Of a stretch of 64,000 nt of DNA, positions 49,112-59,025 are shown piece by piece (position 1 is the stretch's first letter; each line of letters starts with the position of its first letter). The stretch covers positions 1,174-65,173 of the forward strand of contig JANLIR010000005.1 of assembly GCA_024654025.1 (NCBI GenBank), in the 5' to 3' direction. The translations under genes and the position numbers were made by a program. The notes below the pieces were generated by a model, which was given only the letters and a program-made list of their open reading frames with translations, did no database searches and had not been told where the DNA came from. This DNA comes from Candidatus Wolfebacteria bacterium (GTDB lineage: Bacteria > Patescibacteriota > Minisyncoccia > UBA6257 > UBA9933).

Positions 49112-49301
49112 TTTACTTATCCGCTTGCGTTTAAAAATTGCGCAAACAGAAAATTATTTTAATCTAGAAATAAATGTCGACCACGCAAATTATTTCTAAA
49201 TTTTAGCGCACGTAAAATAATAATTCCTACTACGTGCTTCTATATATATTTTAGAACAAATATTTCGAAATGCAATTGTGGATAACTTGGTTGGCGAGAA
49301 A

Positions 49302-49433
49302 TTCGTCTTATTATTTTTCGGAAACAGAATATTTTTGCTCCAGCGGCAAAAATTTCTTCGCCCTCGACGCAAAAACTCTTACGAGACCGAGCTTTTTACG
49401 CCTACGGGACGTTCCTTAAATTAATAAGACGAA
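49302..49433. repeat. Multi-hairpin MITE-like element
   Basis: TTCGTCTTATTA / TAATAAGACGAA terminal inverted repeat enclosing internal hairpins. Confidence 0.55.
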
Positions 49434-49454
49434 CTGTGTAGATTAAGTGTGGCT

Positions 49455-49623
49455 GTATTGTAAGCGGGTGCCCAGAAATTTGTCTATTCACTCAAAAACC
49501 TCATTTTTTTAAAGGAGGTGGGATTGGCATACATAAATCCCTCGCTTATAAACGAAGGATTTATACTGCGGGACAGCGGTGGTGACCTCCGTTTTTACTA
49601 GTGAGTGCGCAGCACGCTGTCCC
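49455..49623 (-). ncRNA. Candidate structured ncRNA (possibly 6S-like)
   Basis: TGTTATAAT extended -10 just upstream; several long-range helices, with G-U pairs favouring the minus strand. Confidence 0.5.
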
Positions 49624-49667
49624 AAAACATTATAACAAATCGGACGTCGAAAGAGAACGAACAAACC

Positions 49668-50327
49668 CTAAGCAGCTATCGGTTGCAGTTTTTTGAAAAC
49701 AATAAATTTATAGCCCAAAAAGTTCCAAACAAGCGAAGCCAGCGTTGCCACTATCGCGCCAACGTTCGCCCATAAAGTCACGGAAATTCCGCCTACCGGA
49801 CTTATAAAATTCACAACCAGAGACGCGATTCCTATGTTAATGAGAAAACCCACAAAACTAACTGCAAAAAATTGTCCAAATTCTTTAGTAGTCGCCGATT
49901 TACCAGATCCAAAAGTCCCAAAAGTCCAATGTTTATTCCAAAAATAACTATTTATATTAGCGACAATAAAAGAAGCTCCTTTAAAAATCGAATAGGAAGA
50001 TCCGGAAGTTGCCACGAACACAAACATGAGTAGATTCAAAACGCCAATATCAAGTAAAGTATTTAAAACTCCCGTGGCGACAAATTTAGCAATCTGCAAA
50101 ATCATTGGAATTTTTCCGCTGATTATTTTCGCAACCCACAAAGCAATAACCGCCAAAACAGTCAGCGCAATCACCATCACCACGCCACGGATTGTCGTTA
50201 AATTAAAATTAATATTTTTAACAATCGGCAAAATCAATAGTCCTGAAACGAATCCAATTATCGCGACCAAAAAATAATCTTTTTTTGAAACAAACGAGCT
50301 TGAAGAATTATTATATTGAATATCCAT
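49668..50327 (-). CDS. GtrA family membrane protein
   Basis: KFVATGVLNTLLD, NSYFWNKHWTF, WNFLGYKFIVF. Confidence 0.9.
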   Translation of the reverse strand: MDIQYNNSSSSFVSKKDYFLVAIIGFVSGLLILPIVKNINFNLTTIRGVVMVIALTVLAVIALWVAKIISGKIPMILQIAKFVATGVLNTLLDIGVLNLLMFVFVATSGSSYSIFKGASFIVANINSYFWNKHWTFGTFGSGKSATTKEFGQFFAVSFVGFLINIGIASLVVNFISPVGGISVTLWANVGAIVATLASLVWNFLGYKFIVFKKLQPIAA

Positions 50328-50440
50328 GTTTTTTATTTTATGAAATCGACATTTAATTTTATCAAAAAAGAGTCATCGCCAAAATAGTAATTAAGGCGAT
50401 TAGAATTATGAGAATTTTCGTAGCGATTTTTTTCATCCCG

Positions 50441-50992
50441 TTAGAATTTTACTTTCACCGGTTCTTTTTCCGACGCGTTTTCCAAACCAAAAAACTCTTC
50501 TTTGCCAAAGCCAAAAGCTCCGGCCATTAAATTAGTGGGAAAAACGGCTGTTTTAGTATTATAATCCATCACGTTGCCGTTATAGAATCTTCTGGCTGCC
50601 TGTATTTTATTTTCCGTATCAGCCAATTCTCTTTGTAAATCCAAAAAATTTGCATTGGCTTTTAATTCCGGATAATTTTCCGAAACCGCGAATAAAGTTT
50701 TCAAAGTGTTTGAAAGCGCGTTTTCCGCTCCCGATTTTTCATCTTTAGATGCCGCGCCCATAGCTCTTGTTCTTGCTTCGGTAACCTTTTCAAAAACCCC
50801 TCTTTCGTGCGACATATAACCCTTGACGGCTTCCACCAAATTTGGAATCAAATCATACCTTCGCTTAAGCTGAACATCTATATCCGACCACGCTTCCCTG
50901 ACTCTGTATCGTGAGCGAATCAAACCATTAAAAACTACGACCAACCAAAAAACTATTGCCGCCACAATTGCCAAAACTATATATAATGCCAT
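50441..50992 (-). CDS. lemA: LemA family protein
   Basis: QLKRRYDLIPNLV, ENYPELKAN. Confidence 0.96.
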   Translation of the reverse strand: MALYIVLAIVAAIVFWLVVVFNGLIRSRYRVREAWSDIDVQLKRRYDLIPNLVEAVKGYMSHERGVFEKVTEARTRAMGAASKDEKSGAENALSNTLKTLFAVSENYPELKANANFLDLQRELADTENKIQAARRFYNGNVMDYNTKTAVFPTNLMAGAFGFGKEEFFGLENASEKEPVKVKF

Positions 50993-51144
50993 AAATAATA
51001 TAAATTATTGCGACTTTGATAATTATAGCACAAATTCATATTTTATTTGACAATGCCAATCAAAAACATTAATTTAAGGACACATTACAGCAAATTCCCA
51101 ATTTAATATACCTAAAAGACAAGAGAAATAAAGGGAGGATTATC

Positions 51145-51969
51145 ATGAATCAATACCTGGATATTGCGCGAGAAATTTTGGAAAACGGCCACCGAAAAAG
51201 CGATCCGCAAGGAGTTGGTAATCGGGCCTTGTGCTCGCCCGGTCCGATACGAATTGATTTAGAAAAGGATGGATTTCCCCTGCTCACAACCAAAGACATG
51301 TCAAAACAGTGGAAACCGCTTATCTGCGAACTGCTATGGTTTCTTTCAGGAAGCACAAACGTTGCCGATTTGCACAAGTACAATATCCATATCTGGGATA
51401 TGTGGGCAACCCCGGAAATCTGTTCTTCTCTCGGCCTTCCAGCTGGAGAGCTTGGACCGATTTACGGCAAACAATGGAGATTTTTTGGTCGAAACGGAAT
51501 TGATCAAATATCCCGGCTCATCAATAACCTTAAGAAAAACCCCGACACCCGGCGAAATGAAATAACCAGTTGGAACCCCGAAGATATTGATAAAGTTTTC
51601 GTAGCCCCGTGCCACGATAATTTCAAGGTTTTTCACGCCGAGGGAATGCTGTGGCTCCGGCAGGACCAAAGAAGTTGCGATTTACCGATAGGCGCGCCTT
51701 TCAATATTGCGCAGTATGCCTTACTACTGATGATGCTTGCGCAAGTAACCGGTCTCAAAGCAAAAGGGCTTATCTATGCCCCGTTTGACTGCCACATCTA
51801 CGAAAACCAAATCAACGCGATGAAACTGCAGATTTCCCGCGAACCTAAAGCTCTCCCTCGTGTAAAGCTGAATCCGGATGTAAAAGACATTTTCAATTTC
51901 CGACCGGATGATTTTATCCTGGAGAATTACGACCCACACCCCGGCATAAAATTCCCAGTGGCGCTGTGA
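51145..51969 (+). CDS. thyA: Thymidylate synthase
   Basis: PLLTTK, ELLWF, LGPIYGKQWR, PCH, QRSCD, PFN, HIYEN. Confidence 0.95.
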   Translation: MNQYLDIAREILENGHRKSDPQGVGNRALCSPGPIRIDLEKDGFPLLTTKDMSKQWKPLICELLWFLSGSTNVADLHKYNIHIWDMWATPEICSSLGLPAGELGPIYGKQWRFFGRNGIDQISRLINNLKKNPDTRRNEITSWNPEDIDKVFVAPCHDNFKVFHAEGMLWLRQDQRSCDLPIGAPFNIAQYALLLMMLAQVTGLKAKGLIYAPFDCHIYENQINAMKLQISREPKALPRVKLNPDVKDIFNFRPDDFILENYDPHPGIKFPVAL

Positions 51970-51978
51970 GGTAATGAG

Positions 51979-52515
51979 ATGGCTAAAATTTCGATTGTGG
52001 TCGCAATGGCCTTGAATCGGGTCATCGGCAATAAAGGAGAACTGCCTTGGCATCTGCCAGCGGACCTCAAACACTTTAAGGAACTAACTACTGGCCACTT
52101 CGTTATCATGGGAAGAAAAACATTTGAATCAATTCTCAGACGTCTCGGAAATCCGCTTCCCGACCGCCGAAATGTCGTGATAACCGAAAACCGCGGCTAT
52201 ATAGCTTCTGGTTGTACCGTAGTTCACTCATTTAGAGAAGCATATTGTCTTACCACCAATCTAACAGACCGCAAAGAAGAAGTTTTTGTTATTGGGGGCG
52301 AAAAGATCTACCGACTGACGTTTCCACAAGCCGAGAGAATTTATTTAACACTGGTGGAAGCACATCCTGAAGGCGACGCCTTCTTTCCCGAAATCGACCT
52401 CCAGAAATGGCCAATGATAAGCGCCCAACACCACGAACCGGACGAGAAAAATAAATATCCTTTCACGTTCATGACTCTGGAACGGCTGCGCTGTTGTCCG
52501 CGCGCACTTATCTGA
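51979..52515 (+). CDS. folA: Dihydrofolate reductase
   Basis: LPWHLPADL, MGRKTFES, IGG, GDAFFP. Confidence 0.96.
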   Translation: MAKISIVVAMALNRVIGNKGELPWHLPADLKHFKELTTGHFVIMGRKTFESILRRLGNPLPDRRNVVITENRGYIASGCTVVHSFREAYCLTTNLTDRKEEVFVIGGEKIYRLTFPQAERIYLTLVEAHPEGDAFFPEIDLQKWPMISAQHHEPDEKNKYPFTFMTLERLRCCPRALI

Positions 52516-52546
52516 CCGGCAATCGCTGGTCGAAATCATACAAACA

Positions 52547-52581
52547 CGGGGATTTCGCGTTTCAAGCGGAATCCCCTTTTT
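52547..52581 (+). terminator. Terminator after folA
   Basis: GGGGATTTCGC..GCGGAATCCCC followed by a T run. Confidence 0.7.
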
Positions 52582-52610
52582 TATTTTTAAATAAGTTTTA
52601 TAATAAATTA

Positions 52611-53042
52611 ATGGAATATGTAAATCCTCGGTTTGCAAAAGGAAACGAATACAAAAAAGTTATTTCTGATATTGTTAGCGAAGGAAAATGTCCGTTTTGC
52701 TCGAAAAATTTTAAATATCATAAAAACCCCGTCCTTAAAAAAGGACCTAGCTGGTTTATAACAAAATCAAGTTGGCCATACAAAAACAGCGAATATCATT
52801 TTCTTATCATCAGCAAAAAACACAAAGATACTTTTAACCAGCTTTCAATAAACGATTTTAAAACCGTTAAAGCTTTGGCTACTTGGGCGATTAAAAAATT
52901 TGATCTTAAGGGTGGCGGATTAATGCTTCGGTTTGGAGATACGAATTATACAGGAGCAACCGTGACTCATTTGCACTTCCATTTAATAACTCCTACGCTA
53001 AAAAACGGCAAATCCGTTCCGGTGAATTTCCCAATCGGATAA
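52611..53042 (+). CDS. HIT family hydrolase
   Basis: CPFC, WPY, GATVTHLHFH; start at MEYVN. Confidence 0.88.
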   Translation: MEYVNPRFAKGNEYKKVISDIVSEGKCPFCSKNFKYHKNPVLKKGPSWFITKSSWPYKNSEYHFLIISKKHKDTFNQLSINDFKTVKALATWAIKKFDLKGGGLMLRFGDTNYTGATVTHLHFHLITPTLKNGKSVPVNFPIG

Positions 53043-53107
53043 TTTTTATAAAAAGTCCCCATCGCGCGTGTTGCATGCGCGATGGGGTATCCAAAATTAA
53101 TTTTTGC

Positions 53108-53944
53108 TTACTTCACAAGAACAATCTCCACGCCCGCCTCTTTAAGGACGGCCTCGCCGTCAAGGCTGGCATGTCCTTCAGCAAAATAAAGCTTCCCGAT
53201 TCCGGATGCCATAATCAACTTAGCGCAAACCGGACACGGAAAAACATTCACATAGAGAGACGCGCCTTTAAGTGAAATGCCTTCCCGAGCCGACCAGGCG
53301 ATAACGTCCTGTTCCGAATGAATCGCGGAACAAAGTTCGCTGCGCTCCCCTGCCTTCACGAAATCACGAGGATCGCCAACCATATAGGGCTGATATTCTG
53401 TCGGCACGTGACGGTTATGAGCGCTATAAACAACTTGCCCATTTTTTACCACGACTGATCCGACCTGCCTCCACCAATCAGACGTTTTCTCGGCCTCTCC
53501 TTTTGCCAAAGCCATTATTTTTCGATCAAACTCTCCCGTCGTTACCCGGTCATAATTAACCGGGGTTTGCGAAAAAATCGAAGCTCGGTCCCAGCGAAGA
53601 AACGCGGTATCATACTCGACCGGTTGACCAGGAAAATATTTATTGACGACGGCTCGACATAATTCGTCACGAGTAGTTATAATTCCACAACCTTTTAGTA
53701 AGCTAAGAATCTTTAAGTTAGCCCGACTCAAAGTAAATACCTCAACCTGCAATCTGCTCCCAAAATCCAACATTTCCTCGACAGTTTTTGGATCAAGAGC
53801 TCGAATTTCTTTTCTATCGCAAAATTCATTTATAAAATCTTCGCCTACGATACAGAGCGCTTCAATTTCTTTCTGATATTTTTCGATAAGTCGCAAATAT
53901 CCAGCGTGGATAACCGGAATATAAAGAAGAAGTATTTTCTCCAT
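53108..53944 (-). CDS. dCMP deaminase-like protein with N-terminal extra domain
   Basis: RQVG, HSE, PCPVC; start at MEK with SD. Confidence 0.88.
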   Translation of the reverse strand: MEKILLLYIPVIHAGYLRLIEKYQKEIEALCIVGEDFINEFCDRKEIRALDPKTVEEMLDFGSRLQVEVFTLSRANLKILSLLKGCGIITTRDELCRAVVNKYFPGQPVEYDTAFLRWDRASIFSQTPVNYDRVTTGEFDRKIMALAKGEAEKTSDWWRQVGSVVVKNGQVVYSAHNRHVPTEYQPYMVGDPRDFVKAGERSELCSAIHSEQDVIAWSAREGISLKGASLYVNVFPCPVCAKLIMASGIGKLYFAEGHASLDGEAVLKEAGVEIVLVK

Positions 53945-53957
53945 TATGCTTCTCCCT

Positions 53958-54509
53958 TCACACAAGTCCGCTTTTTTTCATAAACTCGGCCATCGGGGCC
54001 AAAAAATCTTTCATGGCCTTATGAAACAGGCTGGAACTGCTGGTTTCAGCTTGACGAGACAATACAACCACTTCTCCGCATCGCTCGCGAATTTGGTTGA
54101 GTTGATCTTCCGGATAAGAATCGGTCACGGCAATAAAAACGTTCGGCCGAATACAATCCAAAAGGCCGTATTGCCATTTACCGTCATCCGTCACATCATC
54201 CACCACTGTGGCAAAGTTGACGCACTCCTGATAACTCAACATTTCAAGACGCTCGATTTGGGGATTTAATGGCCGGTACGGACCTTTGTAAAGTTTAATG
54301 GCCCGGTCAGAATCCGCTCCGACAACAAGGATATCGCCGTGTTCTCTCGCCTTTAGCAAGTAACGAACGTGCCCGACATGCAGTTGATCCCAACTCCCGA
54401 TTGTGCAGATGATCTTGTGCTCAAGCTCCTGATACGCCTTGCAAAGCTTCGCGAGCTTGTCATAATCCAGCACGATTTTCTTGGCATAATCAATAGTATT
54501 CGTAGACAT
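53958..54509 (-). CDS. Cytidylyltransferase-like (RfaE/TagD family) nucleotidyltransferase
   Basis: GSWDQLHVGH, KG-RP, SSSS. Confidence 0.88.
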   Translation of the reverse strand: MSTNTIDYAKKIVLDYDKLAKLCKAYQELEHKIICTIGSWDQLHVGHVRYLLKAREHGDILVVGADSDRAIKLYKGPYRPLNPQIERLEMLSYQECVNFATVVDDVTDDGKWQYGLLDCIRPNVFIAVTDSYPEDQLNQIRERCGEVVVLSRQAETSSSSLFHKAMKDFLAPMAEFMKKSGLV

Positions 54510-54672
54510 TGGACAATCCTCCTGTGGAATATGAGATTAAATTCTTTATTCACTTCTTAAAAATCTGACCAATTCTAATCACGAATAGACCCCAAAGTCA
54601 AAAATTTTTCTGGCAAAAGAAAAAGGGGCTTTGCGAGCCCCTTGTGATTCCGCGGCCTATGGCCGAAAAATT

Positions 54673-55206
54673 TCAGTCCGTATCTTCTTTCATTCGTTCC
54701 GCGTTGACCCGGCTTTGGCCTTCATTCCAAAACCGTTCCTTGAGATATCGGAAAAACTCGATTCCTTGTCTAATGCTGTCTTTCTCTACTCTTTCAAAAT
54801 TCCCTTTTCTTGTCATCTCGACAGTGTCAAATATCGGTTTGAAATGCATCCAGCATGCGGGGTTTATTATAATTCCTTTCGGCCTCAACTCATTTGCAAG
54901 ATAGTGATACGCGCAATGCACCAAGTAACACATTAATGAATATTCTTGACCGAGTGTGAATTTAACCGGAGGAAAATCCGGATCCAGTTCGCGCCCCTTG
55001 GAGGTTACGAACTTCATATCGCCAATGATCTTTTTCATATCCTCTGCCGCAATTCCCAAAATGCGATTATCCTCATCGGACAACCTATTTTTAGGGTTTG
55101 AAGCCACTGAGAGAATGCCGGCGGCCCGACCAAAAATAATCGCCCTGTCCATCAAAATAATGCCTTTCACCGGAATATAATTTTGGCATGTCCTCATGTC
55201 AGGCAT
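54673..55206 (-). CDS. Hypothetical protein
   Basis: 177-aa ORF with GGAGG SD (real start may be ATG 55197); hairpin downstream. Confidence 0.65.
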   Translation of the reverse strand: MPDMRTCQNYIPVKGIILMDRAIIFGRAAGILSVASNPKNRLSDEDNRILGIAAEDMKKIIGDMKFVTSKGRELDPDFPPVKFTLGQEYSLMCYLVHCAYHYLANELRPKGIIINPACWMHFKPIFDTVEMTRKGNFERVEKDSIRQGIEFFRYLKERFWNEGQSRVNAERMKEDTD

Positions 55207-55270
55207 TCCTCCATGTTCTTTTTTTATTTGCTGATTTCAAGATAAATAAACACTTGACCAAAGTCAACCA

Positions 55271-55302
55271 AAAACCGCTCCGATCTAAATCGGAGCGGTT
55301 TT
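55271..55302 (-). terminator. Terminator after groL
   Basis: AAAACCGCTCCGAT-CTAA-ATCGGAGCGGTTTT. Confidence 0.8.
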
Positions 55303-55350
55303 GATATTGCGTAATAATAACTTTTTAATTCGTGTGAGTGCGTTCGTATG

Positions 55351-57003
55351 CTAGTACTCCTCCCCCATCATCGGATTATGGCCATGAGATTCTTTTTCTT
55401 TTTCAGGAAGTTTGGCAATTGCCGCGCCGATTGTAAGATAAGTGCTCGCAACCGAAACTGCGTTTATAAACGCGGTTTTGGTAACCTTAAGCGGATCAAT
55501 CACTCCGGCGTCTTTCAAATTTTCTATCTTATTGTTAAAAGAATTAAAACCCACCCAATCGCTTTTTTCCTGTTTCTTATGAATCATCAATTCCCTCACA
55601 ATAACCGGCGTAAGCTCTCCGCTATTGTCTATAATTGCCTTTAAAGGCGCACGGACAGCCTTTAAAATAATTTCCATTACGGCTTTGTCAACTTCCTTTT
55701 CGTGTTCCAAAACCGATCCAACGTTTTCCAGGTTAGCAACATTAAACAACGCTATTCCGCCTCCGGGAACAATTCCCTCTTCCATTGCGGCTTTAGTCGA
55801 GTTAACCGCGTCTTCCACTCTTTGTTTTAATTCTTTTTGCGCGGATTCGGTCGGCGCTCCAACTTTCATCACCGCCACGCCTCCGGAAAGTTTTCCCAGC
55901 CGTTCTTGTAATTTTTCCCTATCGAATTCCGAATCGGTTTTTTCCAATTGATTTTTTATCTGTAAAATCCGTTTATCAATAGTTTCTTTATTGCCTTTTC
56001 CTCCGACAATCGTTGTGTTGTCTTTATTGGCGATTACCCGATGCGCCTGACCCAGAGAACTCACATCAACACTGTCCAGTTTTTTTCCGATATCTTCAGA
56101 GATAAATTCCGCTCCGGTAACCGTGGCAATATCTTCCAACATCTCTTTTTTTCTGTCTCCAAATCCCGGAGCTTTAACAGCCAAAACATTTAAAATTCCG
56201 CGAAGTTTGTTAACCACAAGCGTTGCTAGCGCCTCGCCTTCAACATCATCAGCAATAATAACCAATTCTTTTTTGCCGTTTTTGATTATTTTTTCCAAAA
56301 GCGGTAAAAGCTCGCTAATTGAAGAAATCTTTTTATCGGCAACCAAAATATACGGGTCTTCCAAAACCGCTTCCATCCGTTCAGGATTAGTCATCATATA
56401 AGCGGAAACATAACCGCGATCAAAACGAAGTCCTTCGACAACTTCATAAGAAAGCCCCACAGCGTTGGAATCTTCTACCGTAATTACGCCTTCTTTTTTA
56501 ACTTTGTCCATCACTTCGGCAATAAGTTTTCCCACTTCTTTGTCTTTTGCCGAAAGAGTGGCAACCTCTTCAATGTCTTTATTGCTCTCAACGGGAATTT
56601 TTTGAGCTTCAAGGGCTTTTACAACCGCTTCGCTTCTTGTTTTAAGGCGTTCCGCTAATCTGATTACGTTAAACCCCTTTTCACGAATTGCTTTTTCTCC
56701 CTCGTCAATCATCGCGTGCGCCAAAACAACGGCGGTCGTGGTACCGTCTCCAACATCATCATTAGTTTTAGAAGCCGCTTGTTTTATAAGTTCGGCTCCT
56801 AAATTCTCATATTTATCTTCAAGCTCGATCTCTTTAGCAACGGTTACTCCGTCAAAAGTTACTTGCGGCGCGCCGTACGCTTTTTCAATAACAACTGCCC
56901 GGCCGCGCGGACCCAAAGTCATTCGTACCGCTTCAGCTAATTTATCAATGCCTTTTTTTATTGCCGCCCTGGCTTTTTCATCAAATAAAATTTGTTTTGC
57001 CAT
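55351..57003 (-). CDS. groL: Chaperonin GroEL
   Basis: TLGPRGR, GDGTTTA, APGFGDR. Confidence 0.98.
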   Translation of the reverse strand: MAKQILFDEKARAAIKKGIDKLAEAVRMTLGPRGRAVVIEKAYGAPQVTFDGVTVAKEIELEDKYENLGAELIKQAASKTNDDVGDGTTTAVVLAHAMIDEGEKAIREKGFNVIRLAERLKTRSEAVVKALEAQKIPVESNKDIEEVATLSAKDKEVGKLIAEVMDKVKKEGVITVEDSNAVGLSYEVVEGLRFDRGYVSAYMMTNPERMEAVLEDPYILVADKKISSISELLPLLEKIIKNGKKELVIIADDVEGEALATLVVNKLRGILNVLAVKAPGFGDRKKEMLEDIATVTGAEFISEDIGKKLDSVDVSSLGQAHRVIANKDNTTIVGGKGNKETIDKRILQIKNQLEKTDSEFDREKLQERLGKLSGGVAVMKVGAPTESAQKELKQRVEDAVNSTKAAMEEGIVPGGGIALFNVANLENVGSVLEHEKEVDKAVMEIILKAVRAPLKAIIDNSGELTPVIVRELMIHKKQEKSDWVGFNSFNNKIENLKDAGVIDPLKVTKTAFINAVSVASTYLTIGAAIAKLPEKEKESHGHNPMMGEEY

Positions 57004-57048
57004 ATTTTTTTTAGAAATTAGTTATTAGAAATTAGAGTTTTCGCTATT

Positions 57049-57336
57049 TTATTCCAAAATAGCGAGTATGTCTTCTTCATCCCCGACCAAATATTTTTTC
57101 CCTTCAATTTCAATTTCATCGGGTCCGTATTTTTTAAATAAAACAATGTCCCCGACCTTCACGGACATTGGAATTTTTTCTCCTTTTTCATTTACTTTTC
57201 CTGAACCAACTGCGACAACTTTGCCTTTAATCGGTTTATTTTCGGCTGTTTCAGGAAGAACAATGCCTGATTGAGTAATTTTTTCCGCCTCCAAAGGTTC
57301 GATAAAAACGTGATTTGATAATGGTTTTATATTCAT
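57049..57336 (-). CDS. groS: Co-chaperonin GroES
   Basis: IKPL, SGIVLP, VKVGD, EEDILA. Confidence 0.98.
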   Translation of the reverse strand: MNIKPLSNHVFIEPLEAEKITQSGIVLPETAENKPIKGKVVAVGSGKVNEKGEKIPMSVKVGDIVLFKKYGPDEIEIEGKKYLVGDEEDILAILE

Positions 57337-57485
57337 AAAATTTATTATATTTTGCGACCTTACAGCGTTTACATTCTATATAAAAAAATAGGTAAGTCAA
57401 CCCCGTAATAATCCGCCTTGGACGAGCTACTGCCGAAAACAAAAAAAGGGCTGGTCAGGCCCTGAATTTAACGACCGATAAAACA

Positions 57486-57905
57486 TTAGCCAACAGCTGT
57501 CAATTCAGGAAAGATTTCCTGGATGGCTTTCTCAATATCCCCCAAAGAAAATGGCTTTGACAAAAACGCGTCGGCGTTGGACCTTGTAAACGCCGCCCCA
57601 TCATGCGTGTATGTAGGAGGATAAAGTCCGCTCATCAGTATTGTTGCTACATTTCCATTGCTGAATTCCTTCACGCCCCAGACCAATACGTCTCCGGTAA
57701 TTCCAGGCATTTCGTAATCCGAAATGACCAGGTCCGGGTAAGAATTAAACTGAGCTTGCTTTAGAAAATCCGCCAAAGCTTTAAGCGGGTCTGAAAATGC
57801 AATGGGCCGATGACCGAGTTCCCTTAGTAAGGCCTTCACCATCATCAAAACCTCTTCCTTGTCATCAACAACATACACCAAAAGACTTTTTTTCATCTCT
57901 CTCAC
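57486..57905 (-). CDS. Stand-alone response regulator receiver
   Basis: VVDD, DYEMPG, SG, KPF. Confidence 0.9.
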   Translation of the reverse strand: MREMKKSLLVYVVDDKEEVLMMVKALLRELGHRPIAFSDPLKALADFLKQAQFNSYPDLVISDYEMPGITGDVLVWGVKEFSNGNVATILMSGLYPPTYTHDGAAFTRSNADAFLSKPFSLGDIEKAIQEIFPELTAVG

Positions 57906-57959
57906 CTCATTCTTTCAGTATTTTGAACTAAAGCTGAAGATAGTTTACGAATAAAAATG

Positions 57960-59021
57960 CTAAATGTCAAGTGTTTCTTGCTCCTCTTCCTTCGGCCTGT
58001 CTATTATCATCGGCTCTATTTCCGCGGCTTTACCGCTTATTCTTAAAACGTCTTTGTCGATTTTCCCAAGCTCTTTATAAGCGCTATTATACATATTTAC
58101 CGTTGTGCCCAAGTGAACTCCTATTTTTTTCATATAGGTTTCATAACTCGATAAATGCCTTCCTAGCTCCTCTACTCTTTTTCTTATTTCTTTTGCCGAT
58201 TCCTCAATCTGAAGCGCTTTTAATCCCTGAAGAACGGTTTGTAAATACGCCAAAAAAGTTGTGGGCGAAACAATCATTACTTTTTTATCGCCGGCCGCGT
58301 ATTGAATCAAATCGCGAGTATTGGACTTAACGGCGCCGATTTTATTAATAAGCAAATCATAGTAAACCGCCTCGGAAGGAATAAACATAAAAGAGAATTC
58401 CATCGTGCCTTCATTCGGTTTTATATATTTCGAGGTCTCGTCAATGCGATTTTTTAAATCGTCTTTAAAAGCCGCCTCGTAACGCGCCTTTTCGCTTTCG
58501 TCTTTTGTTCCTAAAATTCGATTATAATTTTCCAAACTAAATTTCGAATCAATAGGAATTATCTTATCTCTTACAAAAATCACCGCATCCACGATTGTCC
58601 CGTCTTTAAACGGGTATTGCATTTGAAAACTGCCGGGAGGCAAAACATTTTTTAAAACCGTTTCCAAATAATACTCTCCCAGCACTCCCCTTTGTTTCGG
58701 ATTGGTCAAAACATCTTGAAGATCTCTGAGCTGATCGGCAAAATCTATAACCTGCTTGTTTGTTTCGTCTAATTTAACTAAACGCTCCGTCACGTCTCTA
58801 ATAATTTTTGCGCTTTCGCCAAATTGGCTTTGCAAAATTCTGGTTGATTCGCCAAGTTTAACGTCTAAAGTGCGGGTTATTTCATTTATCTGGCCTTGAA
58901 TCATCAGCAGCGCTTGATTATCGTCTTTCGGTTGTAAAAATTTCTTGAATAAAAAATATACAGCTCCGACTATAGCTCCTAAAAATATTATTAATAATAT
59001 TAAAAGACTTCCTAAATCCAT
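57960..59021 (-). CDS. rmuC: DNA recombination protein RmuC
   Basis: RG-LGE-LE, PIDSKF, MFIPSE, SPTT. Confidence 0.93.
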   Translation of the reverse strand: MDLGSLLILLIIFLGAIVGAVYFLFKKFLQPKDDNQALLMIQGQINEITRTLDVKLGESTRILQSQFGESAKIIRDVTERLVKLDETNKQVIDFADQLRDLQDVLTNPKQRGVLGEYYLETVLKNVLPPGSFQMQYPFKDGTIVDAVIFVRDKIIPIDSKFSLENYNRILGTKDESEKARYEAAFKDDLKNRIDETSKYIKPNEGTMEFSFMFIPSEAVYYDLLINKIGAVKSNTRDLIQYAAGDKKVMIVSPTTFLAYLQTVLQGLKALQIEESAKEIRKRVEELGRHLSSYETYMKKIGVHLGTTVNMYNSAYKELGKIDKDVLRISGKAAEIEPMIIDRPKEEEQETLDI

Positions 59022-59025
59022 ATAT

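Noticed and set aside
49455-49623. raiA motif RNA, SRP RNA, tmRNA or HDV-like ribozyme
   Set aside because: Conserved signatures of these families were not found
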